Part shown: piece after piece, positions 26,032 to 40,103 of the stretch
Layout of the letters: the number at the start of each line of letters is the position of its first letter
Numbering within the stretch: position 1 is the stretch's first letter
Assembly (NCBI RefSeq): GCF_006345805.1
Contig: NC_043010.1
Coordinates: forward strand, 42,222,001 to 42,286,000
Reading direction: 5' to 3'
DNA length: 64,000 bases
From: Octopus sinensis
Taxonomy: Eukaryota
Made by a program: the position numbers and the translations under genes
The notes under the pieces: generated by a model
What the model saw: the letters and a program-made list of their open reading frames with translations, nothing else
Told to the model about the DNA's origin: nothing
The model's database searches: none

Positions 26032-26943
26032 TACGAGTCGATATCAAAAGGTTCATAGTGTAGTTATGTTTAATAAAAAAAATAGCTTATTTACCAAAAT
26101 TTTAACTTCATCTTCTTCGAAATAGTCACATTGCGCAGCAATATACCGGTCCCAGCGTTCCATCCGCTTTTGGAATCAGGCCTGGACGTCGTTTTCCGTA
26201 AGCGAGTCGAGGAATTCTGCGATTCGTTCTGGATCTCGACAACGGTGACATTTAAGCAACATTTTCGTCTTGAAGAAAAAGAAATCCGCAGATGCTAAAT
26301 CTGACGAATAGGGTGGGTGCAGAAGCGATACCATGTTGTTTTTGACGAGAATCTCACGAGTGAGGAGAGCTCGGTGACAGGGTGCATTGCCGTCGTGAAG
26401 AATCCAATTTTTCGCGCTCCGTGGATCCGGTCGTTTTCGCTGAATGTCCTCCCTCAGACGCTTCAAAACGTCACAGTAGAACTCTCGATTGACGGTCTGG
26501 CCCTAGGAGAAGAATTCTCGATGCACAATACCACATTTCCGGGGCTGACACTCGTGGCAGTTCTTCTTGATTGCCCGTCGTCTTCCAAGGACGTTCTTTC
26601 GCTTTTGAAGCACCCGCACCACTCGAAACATTGCGTACAACCCATTGCCTCGTCGCCGTAAGCTTGCCAAAGCATGCTCGATATCTCCGTAGCAGACTTC
26701 CCAAGTTTCACGCAAAATTTCACGTTGACACTTTGTATCTGTCCATGGCAAACTCATTGACTACAGAATGCACGTGATAACAGAAACACAAATTTCAAAA
26801 CTTGCGAAAGTAAACACAACAATGTCACTCGGTACATTACCTCATGAAGGTCACTGCTAGCCCTCACTGCACAAGCATTCGTGTGCGGTCATCTGTCGGC
26901 GCACTACAGAAATAGTCCGGGAACTTTTGGGTGCAACCTGATA
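26032..26943 (-). mobile_element. Mariner element with both TIRs, internally deleted
   Basis: HTH block MKFCVKLGKSATE..EW..FKS.RTSLEDD, catalytic blocks WILHDGNAPCHRA and HPPYSSDLASADF; degenerate TIRs at 26032 and 26917-26943. Confidence 0.9.
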
Positions 26944-27629
26944 TCAGATTAAGATCTTTTGAATAGCTCATCGATACAGCATCTTATTATATTCAAATGA
27001 ACGTTAAACTTTTATTACGAATTGCTTTACCGTTTATATTTTTCCATGTATTGACACTGATTTCTGATAGAGAGCGATTGTTGTATTTACTTCGGAAAGA
27101 TGCCAAAGATATCACCCGAAAAATACTATCCTGTGCAATAAACATCTGGCAGTTTGCTATTTCTTGTTAGAATTCGAAAAGGCTTTGGATATTGTTTAGG
27201 GGCAGCATAGAAATAGCTTTTGAATTTATTGTTTTGGCTTTCTTTTCAAAGTACTTTCAAGTAATATGATACTTGAAAACAAAAATACAAGGATATTTTA
27301 ATCCTTCTCAGTCTAGTTCTTGAGAAAACACACAGATATAGGTGAAATAAGAGAAAATAGCTTTGGGATTATTTTTAAAAATCCATATATTGTTTTAAAA
27401 ATAGATCCATCTCCCTCGACAATAAATTTCATGTACTTGGCTGTCTTGCAAAATAATCCATGCAAAGTGATAAGTTCAAATAGTTCTCTGTAATTATTCC
27501 TTCAATGTTTATCTTTTAGAAGACTTGAATTGTCTGTTATAACAACGGACTGACGTTGTTGCCTCAAAGTCTATGAGAGAAAGTGTAAGTGATGACTGTT
27601 GAAATCACGCAAGCCATATGAATGTTATC

Positions 27630-27985
27630 ATGTCACTGTGCTCACTTAGGAAGCTTACTTCTCAACTACAATGTTCTGAGTTCTGTCCCACTGCGTGGCA
27701 CCTTGGGCAAGTGTCTTCTACTATAGTCACGGGCCGACCAAAGACTGATGAATGAATTTGGCAGACGGTAACTTGAAGAAGACAGCCGTATATACATATA
27801 TTTTTGTATGTGTATGTGTTTGTGGGTGTGTGTGTGTCTGTCTGTGTATCCGTGTTTGTCCTCCATCACCTCTTGACAATCGGTGTTGGTGTGTTTATGT
27901 CCTCGTAACATAGCGACTCTACAAAAGACACTGGAAGACTAAAATTCTTCAGAGCGATGTTCCAGCATAGCCGCAGTCAACTTAG
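27630..27985 (+). mobile_element. SINE family B, diverged
   Basis: gtcccactgcgtggcaccttgggcaagtgtcttctactatag body. Confidence 0.85.
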
Positions 27986-28109
27986 TAAAGTAAATTTAAA
28001 TTAATCGAAAATTATCAAAAGCAGTTTATCGTTATGTCTAATAGAATAATGAGTTCTACATGTTTGAGTTTTAAGAATGGTGTTTTAAAAAGCGCCATGA
28101 TGTGTGTTT

Positions 28110-28156
<47 letters not shown>

Positions 28157-30769
28157 ACGCGCGTGTGTGTGTGTGTGTGTAGGGGGTGAATACAACATAC
28201 GTATACACATGGATCATCGGTTACGAATTTCATCATTCATTTGTTCGATCGATTTACTGAATTAGCACGTGGGTGGTTGAGTATTCCAAAGTCATACATA
28301 ACTTAACATAATTCTCAGGCAGGAATCACCGTAATATTATGTTACAAGGCAGGATATTTTGAAATACACTCCAGCCACTGAATTTCTATACAGTTTCCAT
28401 CTACGCAGTTTCAATTATAACTCTTGAGTCATTCAATACTTTGACAAAGGAAGGTTTCCTCAAGATATCACGCAGCGGGATCGAACGTAGGACCTCATGT
28501 TTATCAAGCAAACTTCTTAAACATTCTCTCAATAAGTATAGAGAACTCAATACAATGTAAAGTAATTATATTAGTAAATTTTACAATATGGATGTAGTCT
28601 TTACGTAAAGCTCCACTAGATGAATGACATCCAGAAATTATTATGAATCAAGAAGATTTTTTCGACAAAAGAAATATATATATATCAATGTGTATATAAT
28701 TTCAAATGACGATTACATGAAATTTAAAGTGATGGGATTATGACAGAATGATCTTTCTAATGCATGAAATTCCTGGATATTAATAGTATCACTCATCTGG
28801 TGAAACTCTAAGTGCCAAGTTACATTCGTCATATACACTGTATTATTATATTCCAATATAAATATTGGTATGTATCTATGTTTCAGTGTATCTATGCATT
28901 TATCAATGCATTCCGAATTGTTTGAGAAATTAAAGAAGACGTGAAGAAAATTTTTAAGATGATGTCATTTTGCTGGAATTATTTCAGTTTCAGTGAGTGG
29001 GCGGGAAAATAGAGACATTATTGGAATTGAAATGAAATACTAGAGAAAGTAGACGAAGTCTAAAAAATTGAACAACATATTAAAGCAAGAGAATTGCTGG
29101 CTAATTTTCATCGGAGTTTCTATGCACTGAAATGTCATCTGAACTAAATTCAAACATTACTCACATAATGTAGAACGTTTCCAAAATATTCTATATTATC
29201 CTGTTGTTTCTGTTGCTTTTGTTATCAACAATTGAAATTTGCAAGTTCAACCAATCTACTGTATTGATTTTATGTCATTCAACATTAATATGCACTATAT
29301 GGCCTGAACACCTGTGCTGTGTTTTGAGAGGGGAGATTTTTTCTTTCATTAAGAATTTAGTGATGATGGATAATCTTTTTCTGATAGTTTATATAATAGT
29401 TAAAATATTTATACTTTAAAATAGACAAAGAAAATATCTTTTCGTTGTCTATATTCTAATATATTCTTAACTGTTGCAGATTGCTTTGGCTCTACACCGT
29501 GTCTAGCTATTGAAAGGAATGTGTCCGATAGCTGACTGAATCATGTGACTACACTTTTTTTTAATGATTTAGTTGTTTAGATTTTCTTCATAAAATTAAA
29601 GAGAAAAATGTGCAGTGACGCACAATAGTCAAGAAAATAATTTTATTTAATTATTTGATAGTTACTTCATCTATCTCTCTGAAAATGGAAAGTTTTTTAT
29701 GACCCTAACGTTCAACTTCAATACCTGATTAAAAATTGTGATGCATGTCTAAATGTGTTTCGCTTTTATTACGACCATTTTCAATGAAGCATAGAGCGGT
29801 GGTTGTCGAAACAGTTACGGAAGAAGCATCATGTAAATATGGAATCCTAGTTTAAACCCTACTAATCCAAATTTGTTTAATTGTAATTTATTTGTTTCGC
29901 TTATCGAAATGTTTTTTTTTTTTTGTAAATTAATATATTTTATGTAGGTCAAAAGATAATAGAAAAGTGATAACATTGCAAGTCATAGATCAAAGGGATT
30001 TCTATTTTTGATATGGTGTTGATAGTAGGTTTTCTTCGGGAATTTCGATCATGAGGATGTTGATTACTTTTTCGTTAACGATGGACTCCAAACACGTGTT
30101 ACAAGTAGAAATGGCTCCGAATTACTAACGGGAAAATATCAAATAAGTTTGACTCCAAATAGTCCCAAAATAAAACCATTGGTCTATCAGTCATTTTAAT
30201 CGAAGAGCACTTGGATGTGGAAACCCTTAGTAAAATTGACACAAAATTGAAGGAAAATAAGAACTAAACTAAAAATTCCTCTTTAGTGTAGATAAAACAT
30301 TTCACATTTTTCTTTGATAAAATTTGTTTGAAGGTATCAAATAATTTGCATGTTAAATTATATTATTCGAGTCATTAACCTCATTTATAAAATGTAAAAC
30401 TGCGTGTATTTATTAGTAATAAAAAAAACTGTTTTTCAAACACTTTCTTTTTTCGATGGAAGTAACATCAAAGCCATACATTAAAACGCTAGGTAACTGT
30501 ATTTTACAGTTTCCAATGTTGGACTTGTTTACTGATTAGTGCTGCGATACCTCTAGATACTGTTAGTTCTTGGATTGAAAAACATCCATTCATGTTATTC
30601 CTGTTCCATTGTTGTCACAGAGAGATAAGTTCAATAAATTTAGAACAAAAAGAAATTTCTACTGAAAGTGCTTTACACTATCATTTCTTAACAAATGCCC
30701 AGTTTCTAAATATCTAGATACATTTAAAATTCTTTAGAAAATTATTATATATTTTTATTGTATTTTGTC

Positions 30770-31165
30770 ACTCTTACTCTTTACACTTTTACTTGTTTCA
30801 GTCATATGACTGTGGCCATGCTGGAGCACCGCCTTTAGTCGAGCAAATCGACCCCAGGACTTATTCTTTGTAAGCCTAGTACTTATTCTATCGGTCTCTT
30901 TTTTGCCGAACCGCTAAGTTACGGGGACGTAAACACACCAGCATCGGTTGTCAAGCGATGTTGGGGAACAAACACAGACACACAAACACATACATATATA
31001 CGACGGGCTTCTTTCAGTTTCCGTCTACCAAATCCACTCACAAGGCTTTGGACGGCCCGAGGCTATAGTAGAAGACACTTGCCCAAGGTGTCACGCAGTG
31101 GGACTGAACCCAGAACCATGTGGTTGGTAAGCAAGCTACTTACCTCACAGCCACTACTATGCCTA
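30770..31165 (-). mobile_element. SINE family B, near full length
   Basis: High similarity to the reverse complement of 38593-39066; abuts three CCTAAC units. Confidence 0.9.
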
Positions 31166-31840
31166 ACCCTAACCCTAACCTAACTCTTATTTTTATTTTC
31201 ATTTTGTTTGGTTTGATTAATTACTAACCAAAATAAATTATCCACGGCCTCAAATGTAATTAATTCTAACTTTAGCAAAGAGAAGGAAATGAAAATGCTC
31301 CCTGGAAACAATATATTTTGGAAGGATAGTATAAAAGACAGGAATGGAATGAAATGGGACAAAACTGACTTCAAGTGAAATGGCAAAACACATTGAATAT
31401 ATATAGGAATTTCAAGATTTCTCATTAATAAACCTTTCTTGTGGAAGCTGTTCCAGTCTCAGTCTTGTCTTTGATTATGTCTTTTACATCTCTCAGAAGC
31501 TATCTCATATCTCGAATGCACTTTCCCTCAATGCTTTAGATTTTCTCATTTTCCCCTCGATATTTCTCAGCTCATCTTTTTCATTCGTTGCCTTTTTTAG
31601 ACGCTTTCTCTCTTTCTTCCTCTTTCACACACACACACACACACACACACTCTCACTCTCTCACTTGCGCGCACACGCACGCACACACACTCACGCACAT
31701 ACATTTACACAAACACCCACGTGCGCACGTACCAGCCAACTGTCATTTTTTTCTTTATTTCACTCACTTTCATACATACGCTCTTTTTCACACACGCTCT
31801 CTCTTCCTTTCTATCTTTGCACACACACAAACACACACAA

Positions 31841-31871
<31 letters not shown>

Positions 31872-33743
31872 CATTCTCTTTATGATTGTGAATTATTTAC
31901 AACCAACTTTAAATACGTTAATACTTAAAGTGTACTAAACATCAAGCTAAATTTTTAATATGACTTTGGAAAAAGTAGATTTCATTTATTGTTAAAAACC
32001 TTCGACTCTTTATAGTAATTGTATTGTTAACAGGAAAGTTGAATACTATAAAACATAAAAATTCGATTATTTTAATGTTGCTTCGCTAATTTCGTGCAAA
32101 GTTAGGTCGTTGCTCTGTAAGTGACCTGTTAACATACAATATGTAAGTGTTCTAAAGCAAAATAGCAGCTTTGGGAAACAAACAGAAATATACATTAGAG
32201 GTATTGTCTTTAAAATATGCAGAAAAAAAAAAGAAAAGGCATTGACTCATAAAGCAATTATTTAGTTATTGGCCAGTGGTTGTTGTTCTTAGCCCTAGGT
32301 AGGTGTGATTGAGTTGAACTTACGACCAAAGACATTAAAAACACGATCGTCTCGTCCATTTTTTCTTGAATAGTACATTACATTTTCTAATGTACTTTTA
32401 TAAAGAAACGAAATTAGAAGCCATATCACAGGTTCACTTGTCAGAAGATTATTTTATATTCTTCGACTTCTTTTAAATATTAACTATGTTTATACATTCT
32501 ACAAAACAAAACAAAAATCAAACTATCTGTTTTTACATATCCTGTTCAATCTTCTGTCCAAGTATCAAATGTGGCTAATATCAACAACTATTTTAATGTT
32601 TTCATTCAGAACCAGCAAATAGTAAAATCAAAATCGGAATGGTTACCTCCATATCTGAATGTCTTGAATCGCTTCAAAGGGTTACTTGAAATAATCTAAG
32701 TTTCGCAATCCAGCTATCTAATTCATGAGAACAAATGAGATCTATCGAGCATAAATATTGGTACCTACCGTATTACTACTGTATTACTCATGTAAAACTT
32801 GAGTTTACACGCTAAGATGTATGATTATGATTGTTTCTGATATTATTGTTGTTTTCATTAAACGTTATGCTAGAAGGTGAATATAAATACACTTCTGTTT
32901 ATCTTTAGTTTTCGAATAATAACAATACAATTATTTCTTCTAATTATTTCTTGTAATTCAAATGTCAAACATCCGACAACGTCTCTTAAGTGTCTTATTT
33001 AATGTTCGACATTTAGCAGATACAGTTTGACTAAGTTGATAAACAAACAATGTACACGTACATACACACAAGTACACGAGTACAAACACACATGTATACA
33101 CGCACACACACACATACAATATATATGTACATCTAAGTCATTGCCCGAGATCATTCTGCCAGGAAGTGTGTGTGGGGTGGGGGGAAGAGAGCAAGACGCC
33201 GTCAAAGACGTTTGTGGACTGACAACAAAAAATGAAGTGGAAAGAAGAGTCTGGCTGTTTGCACATAAACAGCAAGACGCAAATGGAACTGTAGAGTTTT
33301 GGTAAGCCGATTCCAGTAAACAGAGAGATTTCTTTATTATGATCATAAGATCTAATATAGGACAGTACAGGAGAATACAAAACATTAATAAAGAAATACT
33401 CAGCGAGTTTTTTTTTCAGTTCGTTTTTTTTACACAAAAATATATTAAGTTAAAAATAGATGATTTATATGATGAAAAATTTTGATTTCCTTACATTTTT
33501 TCTTGATGGTCTACTGTCCAACGGCTACATCCTTTTTTTTTTCCCTCATGGTAGATTAAGTAAGAACACTCACTCCCAACTTCCTTACCACATCCTTCCA
33601 TCTTTTCTCATATATACTTCTAGACAGGTGTCTCCTTTCCAGCCATCTCTGGCTTTTCAGGTGATACCTAAAGTAGTAAAGCATTCCAGGGCCGGAGATG
33701 AAGACCCCTGACTTCTTGAGGGCACCTGATTGATGATATAGAT

Positions 33744-34024
33744 CAGTGGCTCTGAACTGTGGTTCATATGACCTTTAAGGTCATAAAGGGAATTTTATTG
33801 TTAAAATTGATTTGTAATAACTTGGTTATACTTCTACAATACACAAAATAATTTAACGGTATCTTTTTTATGCAATTCCTAATAATAGTAGTAAAAGTCT
33901 AAGAGTAATAATTTACTACAAAAATATTAAAGGACCTTTTAAGGATCGAATGGCTATCAGAGCCAGTCCAAGTAAAATAAAAATAAAAATGGTCCATACG
34001 CAAAACAATGGTTGAGAAGCACTG
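33744..34024. mobile_element. hAT-type MITE
   Basis: Termini cagtggctctgaact / ggttgagaagcactg (CAGTGGTTCTCAACC-like); 8-bp flanks atatagat / atatatat. Confidence 0.8.
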
Positions 34025-34140
34025 ATATATATCAATGTTGAATTATTTTTAATGTCTCAGAAAAATAATGATAAAAGAACTGAAGACATGTGGTAGAATT
34101 AAAATTTTTTTTGTCTAGAAAAGATAGTAGGGACTTCAAA

Positions 34141-34190
34141 GTTCCTACTGAAAGATAATTTCTAGAACTTTATCGAAACGTATATGAAAC
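34141..34190 (+). ncRNA. Decayed minimal hammerhead
   Basis: gttccta-CTGAAA-gataa...ttatc-GAAAC-GTA-tatgaaac: one base (G8) missing from CUGAAGA; stems I and II recognisable. Confidence 0.5.
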
Positions 34191-35064
34191 TGCATTTATG
34201 AAATTAATTAAAGGAGAAGAGATTTATAACTGATGAATAAGAAAATTGTAATATACATAAGAAAAATATTTTGGGGGGTAACTGGCCGAATGAGACCGAT
34301 ACCAAAAAAAAAACAAAACGAGGCTGGTATTTAATGTTTGTGATCTCAGACGATAAAGGTTGGGGGTGCTGTTTGATGGTATGAGATCTTAAGGATTAAA
34401 ATCGATCAGCGATCCGAGCAATTAAATCACTGCTAGTTTATAATTAGTAAAATAACTTAAAATGCTTGTATAACTTACTGAAACTTTAAGGAAATCTACG
34501 GATTTTTACAATTACACTATTATGAATTCGTAAAATGTATGTTACATTGTAGTGAACTAGAATGTATGTAAGGGCTCCGGGTGATTCGATCAACAGAACA
34601 GCCTGATCATGAAATTGCAAATGGCTTAGTACTCCACAGACACGCATGCTCTAAGCGAAGTTCTCAGAGAGATTCAGCATGACACAGAATGTACTTCCGA
34701 GGAAGTACCAGACAAAGTACTGGGTTGAGGTAATCGAGTAAGAATCGTTGAGGGTATGTATGGCAGCAATCCAATGAAGAACACCAGTAAAAGAATAAAT
34801 AACTATGTATGCGCTAATGCAAGGGTACAGCCAAACAATACTAAATATATTCATATAGCTATGAATCAATAATTATTACAGAACATGAGCGGAAATGAAA
34901 ATGTGTAATTTTGATGATGGAACAAATTACAGATTGACTGAACAGAAGATACAACCTTGCTGACATATTACAAACACACAAACACACGTTATCTGAAAAG
35001 AATACTCCACCAAATAAATCATGAAGAAATATATACGCCATTGCATAAATACGACTCCTATCAT

Positions 35065-35235
35065 TCACTTTTGCCGAACGGGGATGTAAACACACCAACA
35101 TCGGTTGTCAAGCGAGGGTGAGGCGACAAACACACACACACGCACATACACACATATGTACGACGGGCTTCTTTCAGTTTCTGTCTACCAAATCCACTCA
35201 GGAGTCTTTGGTCAGTTTGTGTCTATAGTAGACGT
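35065..35235 (-). mobile_element. SINE family B, central fragment
   Basis: gtaaacacaccaacatcggttgtcaagcg..cgacgggcttctttcagttt. Confidence 0.85.
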
Positions 35236-35244
35236 TCGACCAAG

Positions 35245-35323
35245 CTAAGTCTACTTGCCTATATGTATATATATAGATAGATATGTATCTATATGTGTGT
35301 GTGTGTGAATGTAGCTGAATGCA

Positions 35324-35330
<7 letters not shown>
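35245..35330 (+). repeat. Unclassified repeat (gctaagtctactt..gaatgtagctgaatgcagtgta), also at 36143-36303 and about 39130-39155
   Basis: Same motifs separated by variable TA/TG tracts at three loci. Confidence 0.7.
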
Positions 35331-35368
<38 letters not shown>

Positions 35369-35371
35369 TAT

Positions 35372-35405
<34 letters not shown>

Positions 35406-35478
35406 GCATATATACACACATATATATATATACATACATACATAAATACATACATACATACATACATACATACATACA

Positions 35479-35507
<29 letters not shown>

Positions 35508-35509
<2 letters not shown>

Positions 35510-35756
35510 TTCGCATTGGGATTTGGATTACAAGATTATGTATGTGAGTTCGTGTGTTGAAGCTTATTCTGTTATGTCTGGGGAGAGTCATTTTCTTTTA
35601 GTGCATTACAATTTAACACACGCACCGGTAAAATTTCCACTTATTTCTTTTTTATTCTTCTAAAATTTTCGTTGCGTCTTGCAACCTTTTTAATAGTTTT
35701 GACTCTGTCCGTTATTCACACTGCGCTCCTTTTTGTTTGTTTGTGCGCATGTGTGT
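35508..35756 (+). repeat. Uninterrupted copy of the repeat split at 1205-1800
   Basis: Colinear alignment with 1205-1302 plus 1654-1800. Confidence 0.8.
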
Positions 35757-36177
35757 GGGTTAGAGTGTGTGTGTAAATAAAACAGTACTGATAAAGCTCC
35801 ATGTGCTAGATCAGACGTGCTATGACGATGACGAATATTATTCTCATTATTGTCTTTGTCGGCAGTGACTAACATTGGCAGCAGAAACGGCTGTAAGCAA
35901 TGTTCAAGCTTTCTATTTAAAAATATTTAACTGATGGTAGTCAATTTCTTTCTTAATCAACAGTTTTCTCCATTTTCTGCTCTTTTTAAATTGGATTCCT
36001 GATACAATCTCGTTTATTCTGTTATCCTCAATGCATAGTATGCTTGCATAGTATGCTTGCATACACATGGCCAGGGTTAACATAGGTAATTTATATCGGT
36101 AATTATAACGGATATTCTTATCCCTTAAACGGTTATTCTAACCGCTAAGTCTACTTCCCTATATGTATATATATATA

Positions 36178-36238
<61 letters not shown>

Positions 36239-36444
36239 ATATATGTATGTATCTATATGTGTATGTGTGTTGTGTGTGTGTGAATGTAGCTGAATGCAGT
36301 GTAAAAATATGAGTGATGTAGGTGCTCATGTAGTGCCCTTGTGTATATATGTACATATATAATATTCTATGCATATATTTTATTAATTTGCCTGTACGGC
36401 TGATAATTCGCTTGCCACTCGTGAATGCATTTTAATAATACCAT

Positions 36445-36622
36445 CCCTATATTTATCTCTCTCTCTCTCACTCTCTCTCACTCTCTCTCTCACTCTCTCT
36501 CTCTCTCTCACTCTCTCTCTCTCACTCTCTCTCTCACTCTCTCTCTCACTCTCACTCTCTCTCTCACTCTCTCTCTCTCACTCTGTCTCTCTCACTCTCT
36601 CTCTCTCACTCTCTCTCTCTCA

Positions 36623-36674
<52 letters not shown>

Positions 36675-36753
36675 GATGTATATATATATATATGTGTGTA
36701 TGTATGTATGTATGTATTACATATATATATACATCCAAATATATATGCACATC

Positions 36754-36787
<34 letters not shown>

Positions 36788-36790
36788 TTT
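36445..36790. repeat. (CTCTCTCTCA)n-like tract followed by (TA)n/(TATG)n
   Basis: Direct observation. Confidence 0.9.
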
Positions 36791-37204
36791 GTATATACAT
36801 CTATATATCAGTTGAAGAAAGTTACGACACGGTCTGGTTTTCACGATTTTCTTATTGCAATTTTTTTTTTTTTATTGCATTAAAAAATATTTTGTAATGT
36901 TCATAAATTCAGTTTAGCATATGAATACAAATCACTTACAGAAGACTCCCACGGATTGTAATTAAAACGATATCGAAGCCAAGTTTGCTCATTCATAAAA
37001 CTATTGCATGTAAACCGCATGCTAATTAGTTAAAATAAAGGCGAGTAATATCGGTGCGCCCGGCAAACCGTGACGTTGAAGCCGCATGCAAATTGGTCAA
37101 AACCGTATTCGAAAGATTCAGCTTGTCGGAACCTTCTAAAAGGTATAAAAAGTAAGAAGTCAGATATTTTACTACAGCTGTCCAGAACTCAACTGTCAGT
37201 TAAA

Positions 37205-37255
37205 TTCATTTTGAAATCTGATGATTACTTCGGACGTATGAAAGCGCTAATTGAA
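37205..37255 (+). ncRNA. Near-intact type I hammerhead
   Basis: CTGATGA 37218-37224; stem II t-tac/gta-t (U-U at 10.1-11.1); GAAAG-cg-CTA with palindrome agcgct; weak stem I aat/att. Lies downstream of a TATA-like tataaaa. Confidence 0.45.
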
Positions 37256-37389
37256 CTTTATGAACATTACAAAATATTTTTCTAAGCTGTAAAAATTTTC
37301 TTTTAATTTCAATACTAGGAATTTTAAAAGTAGACCTTTATTCAACTGACATATTATTCTATACGCTTTTTCACAAATTAGGAAAAACT

Positions 37390-37491
37390 ATACATACATA
37401 CATACATACATATACATATATGTGTGTGTGTGTGTATGCATGCATGCATACATACATGCATACATACATACATACATACATACATACATAC

Positions 37492-37554
<63 letters not shown>

Positions 37555-37563
37555 CATACATAC

Positions 37564-37594
<31 letters not shown>

Positions 37595-37601
37595 CATACA
37601 T
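37390..37601. repeat. (TACA)n microsatellite
   Basis: Direct observation. Confidence 0.95.
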
Positions 37602-37975
37602 AAGGTGTAACGGTTCAGGGTCGAAACATCCGATGTACTTGCGCGTACAAATGTACGTTCCCACGGCTTTATCGATCGCATTCTCATCTGGAATCGATTT
37701 TTGTAATTTCTTTCAAGACTTACATATACCTTGATACCGTCGGTATCTACATATCAAATTTGGGCGCAATCGGATACTGGATGCCCGAGATCCTAGAAGA
37801 CACACACACAGACAACCGACAGAACGGATTTTATATAATAAGTATATATGAAGAGGAGAGAACGACTGAGAAAAGACAGTCAGGTAGATAGAGATATATA
37901 CATACAAACACAAGCACTTACATATACACAGATGCACACATTGAAATAGATACATACATATTATACCTGTATATG

Positions 37976-38361
37976 AGTTGAGGCGCAATGGCCCAGTAGT
38001 TAGGGCAGCGGACTCGCGGTCATAGGATCGCGCTTTCGATTCCCAGACCGGGCGTTGTGAGTGTTTATTGAGCGAAAACACCTAAAAGCTCCACGAGGCT
38101 CCGGCAGGGGATGGTGGTGATCCCTGTTGTACTCTTTTACCACAACTTTCTCTCACGCTTACTTCCTGTTTCCGTTGTACCTGTATTTCAAAGGGCCGGC
38201 CTTGTCACTCTCTGTGTCACGCTGAATATCCCCGAGAACTACGTTAAGGGTACACGTGTCTGTGGAGTGCTCAGCCACTTACACGTTAATTTCACGAGCA
38301 GGCTGTTCCGTTGATTCGGATCAACCGGTACCCTCATCGTTGTAACCGACGGAGTGCTTCC
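37976..38361 (+). mobile_element. tRNA-derived SINE with RTE-like 3' tail (resembles octopus OR/Ceph-type SINEs)
   Basis: A box tggcccagtagtt, B-box-like tttcgattccc, gagcgaaaacacctaaaagctccacg body; 11-bp TSD acctgtatatg at 37965-37975 and 38362-38372. Tail fragments recur at about 34570-34690 (-). Confidence 0.85.
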
Positions 38362-38592
38362 ACCTGTATATGTATACGTATTATAAATAAATATGAGTGT
38401 GGGATTATTTATATTTTGACATAGCTCTTAACTTCTACATAGCAACTATTTTATTCGGTATTTTATGAAATTAAGTTGTTCATTATTTTCCCAACTTATC
38501 ATTCATTAGATCTCTAGTTAGCATTATCTCATAATACAATATCGCAGCACACTCGCACAAGATCATACATAAATAAATTAATATACGATATA

Positions 38593-38794
38593 GGCGCAGG
38601 AGTGGCTGTGTGGTAAGTAGCTTGCTAACCAACCACATGGTTCCGGGTTCAGTCCCTCTGCGTGGCATCTTGGGCAAGTGTCTTCTGCTATAGCCCCGGG
38701 CCGACCAATGCCTTGTGAGTGGATTTGGTAGACGGAAACTGAAAGAAGCCTGTCGTATATATGTATATATATATATAGATATATATATATATAT

Positions 38795-38842
<48 letters not shown>

Positions 38843-39066
38843 ATATGTTTGTGTGTGTGTGTTTGTCCCCCTAGCATTGCTTGACAACCGATGCTGGTGT
38901 GTTTATGTCCCCGTCACTTAGCGGTTCAGCAAAACAGACCGATAGAATAAGTACTGGGCTTATGAAAGAATAAGTCCTGGGGTCGAGTTGCTCGACTAAA
39001 GGCGGTGCTCCAGCATGGCCGCAGTCAAATGACTGAAACAAGTAAAAGAGTAAAAGAGAAAAAGAG
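38593..39066 (+). mobile_element. SINE family B, full length
   Basis: tRNA-like head, cttgggcaagtgtc body, internal (TA)/(TG) tract, (gtaaaaga)n tail; imperfect 11-bp flanks tatacgatata / tatagaatata. Confidence 0.92.
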
Positions 39067-39716
39067 TATAGAATATAGTGTATACATTGTGTACATGTGT
39101 GTGTGTGTGGTGTGTGTGTGTGTGTGTGTGTGTGAATGTAGCTGAATACAGTGTAATTGCACTGCCCGACTAATTGTGAAGGGGTATTGATTTTCTCATA
39201 ATAACGACCTTTCCGATAATGTTGCATCACCCAACCATGATGCCAAATAGACCACAAAGGTTCCATAACTTCCGTTGATTATAGTTACTGATAATTATGT
39301 ACTGATAATATGTATATGTCGAAGTTTTTTTCTTTTATTTTCTGTATTATCTCCACAGGGGTTTCAAAATAATTCTGGTTACAATGCAGTTACTATTATA
39401 ATTAAGGACAGCAATGACTGTACTTTGTTTTGTTTTGTTTAGTTTTCTTTTGCTGTTATTATTACGACCAGGGATAATGTACATATCAAATATTTACAAG
39501 GAACACATTTTATATTAAAAATAAGATTTACTGCAGCATTAATCAAGAGGCAAAAAGGACAAAATAACTGATGTAGTAGAACAAAATACTCTGACAAAAA
39601 TTATTTTATCTCAATGTAGGTAAAGCTTTTCATGAAAATACTCTCCAAATGTCTCAGAAATACCACAGAAATACAAGCCATGGTAGCAGCAGCCAGATTT
39701 ATTCAAACACACGTAT

Positions 39717-39757
<41 letters not shown>

Positions 39758-40103
39758 GAGAGGAAAAATTATAAGGCAGAATGCTAAATTGAAAGAAAAT
39801 TTTAATAAAAATGGGTGTATGGAAAAAAAAAGAAAAAAATAATATATCAAATCGGTTTTCATAGCAAGGCAAATTTTCAAGATTTGGAAGTGGAAAAGAA
39901 TTTTTTTTTAAATTGAGGAAGGAGAAAAAAGAAATTTACAATGTTTTTTTCAAAAAAATATTAATACATATATACAAAAATTAATAAATAAGTATACCAA
40001 TACATTGTAGAGTCTTTATGCTTTTAGAGTTCAATAATAGTCCTTGGAAAAACTTCTTTGGCGGATTAGGATGCATATATATATATATGTATATATATAT
40101 ATT

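Noticed and set aside
31164-31183. (CCTAAC)3 telomeric repeat as a chromosome-healing scar
   Set aside because: Only three units; compatible with chance or a short filler at a SINE junction.
39330-39445. Strong acceptor (ttatctccacAG at 39358) followed by GFQNNSGYNAVTIIIKDSNDCT, faintly cadherin-like
   Set aside because: No convincing donor, the frame stops after 27 codons, and the DxNDN-P motif is incomplete.
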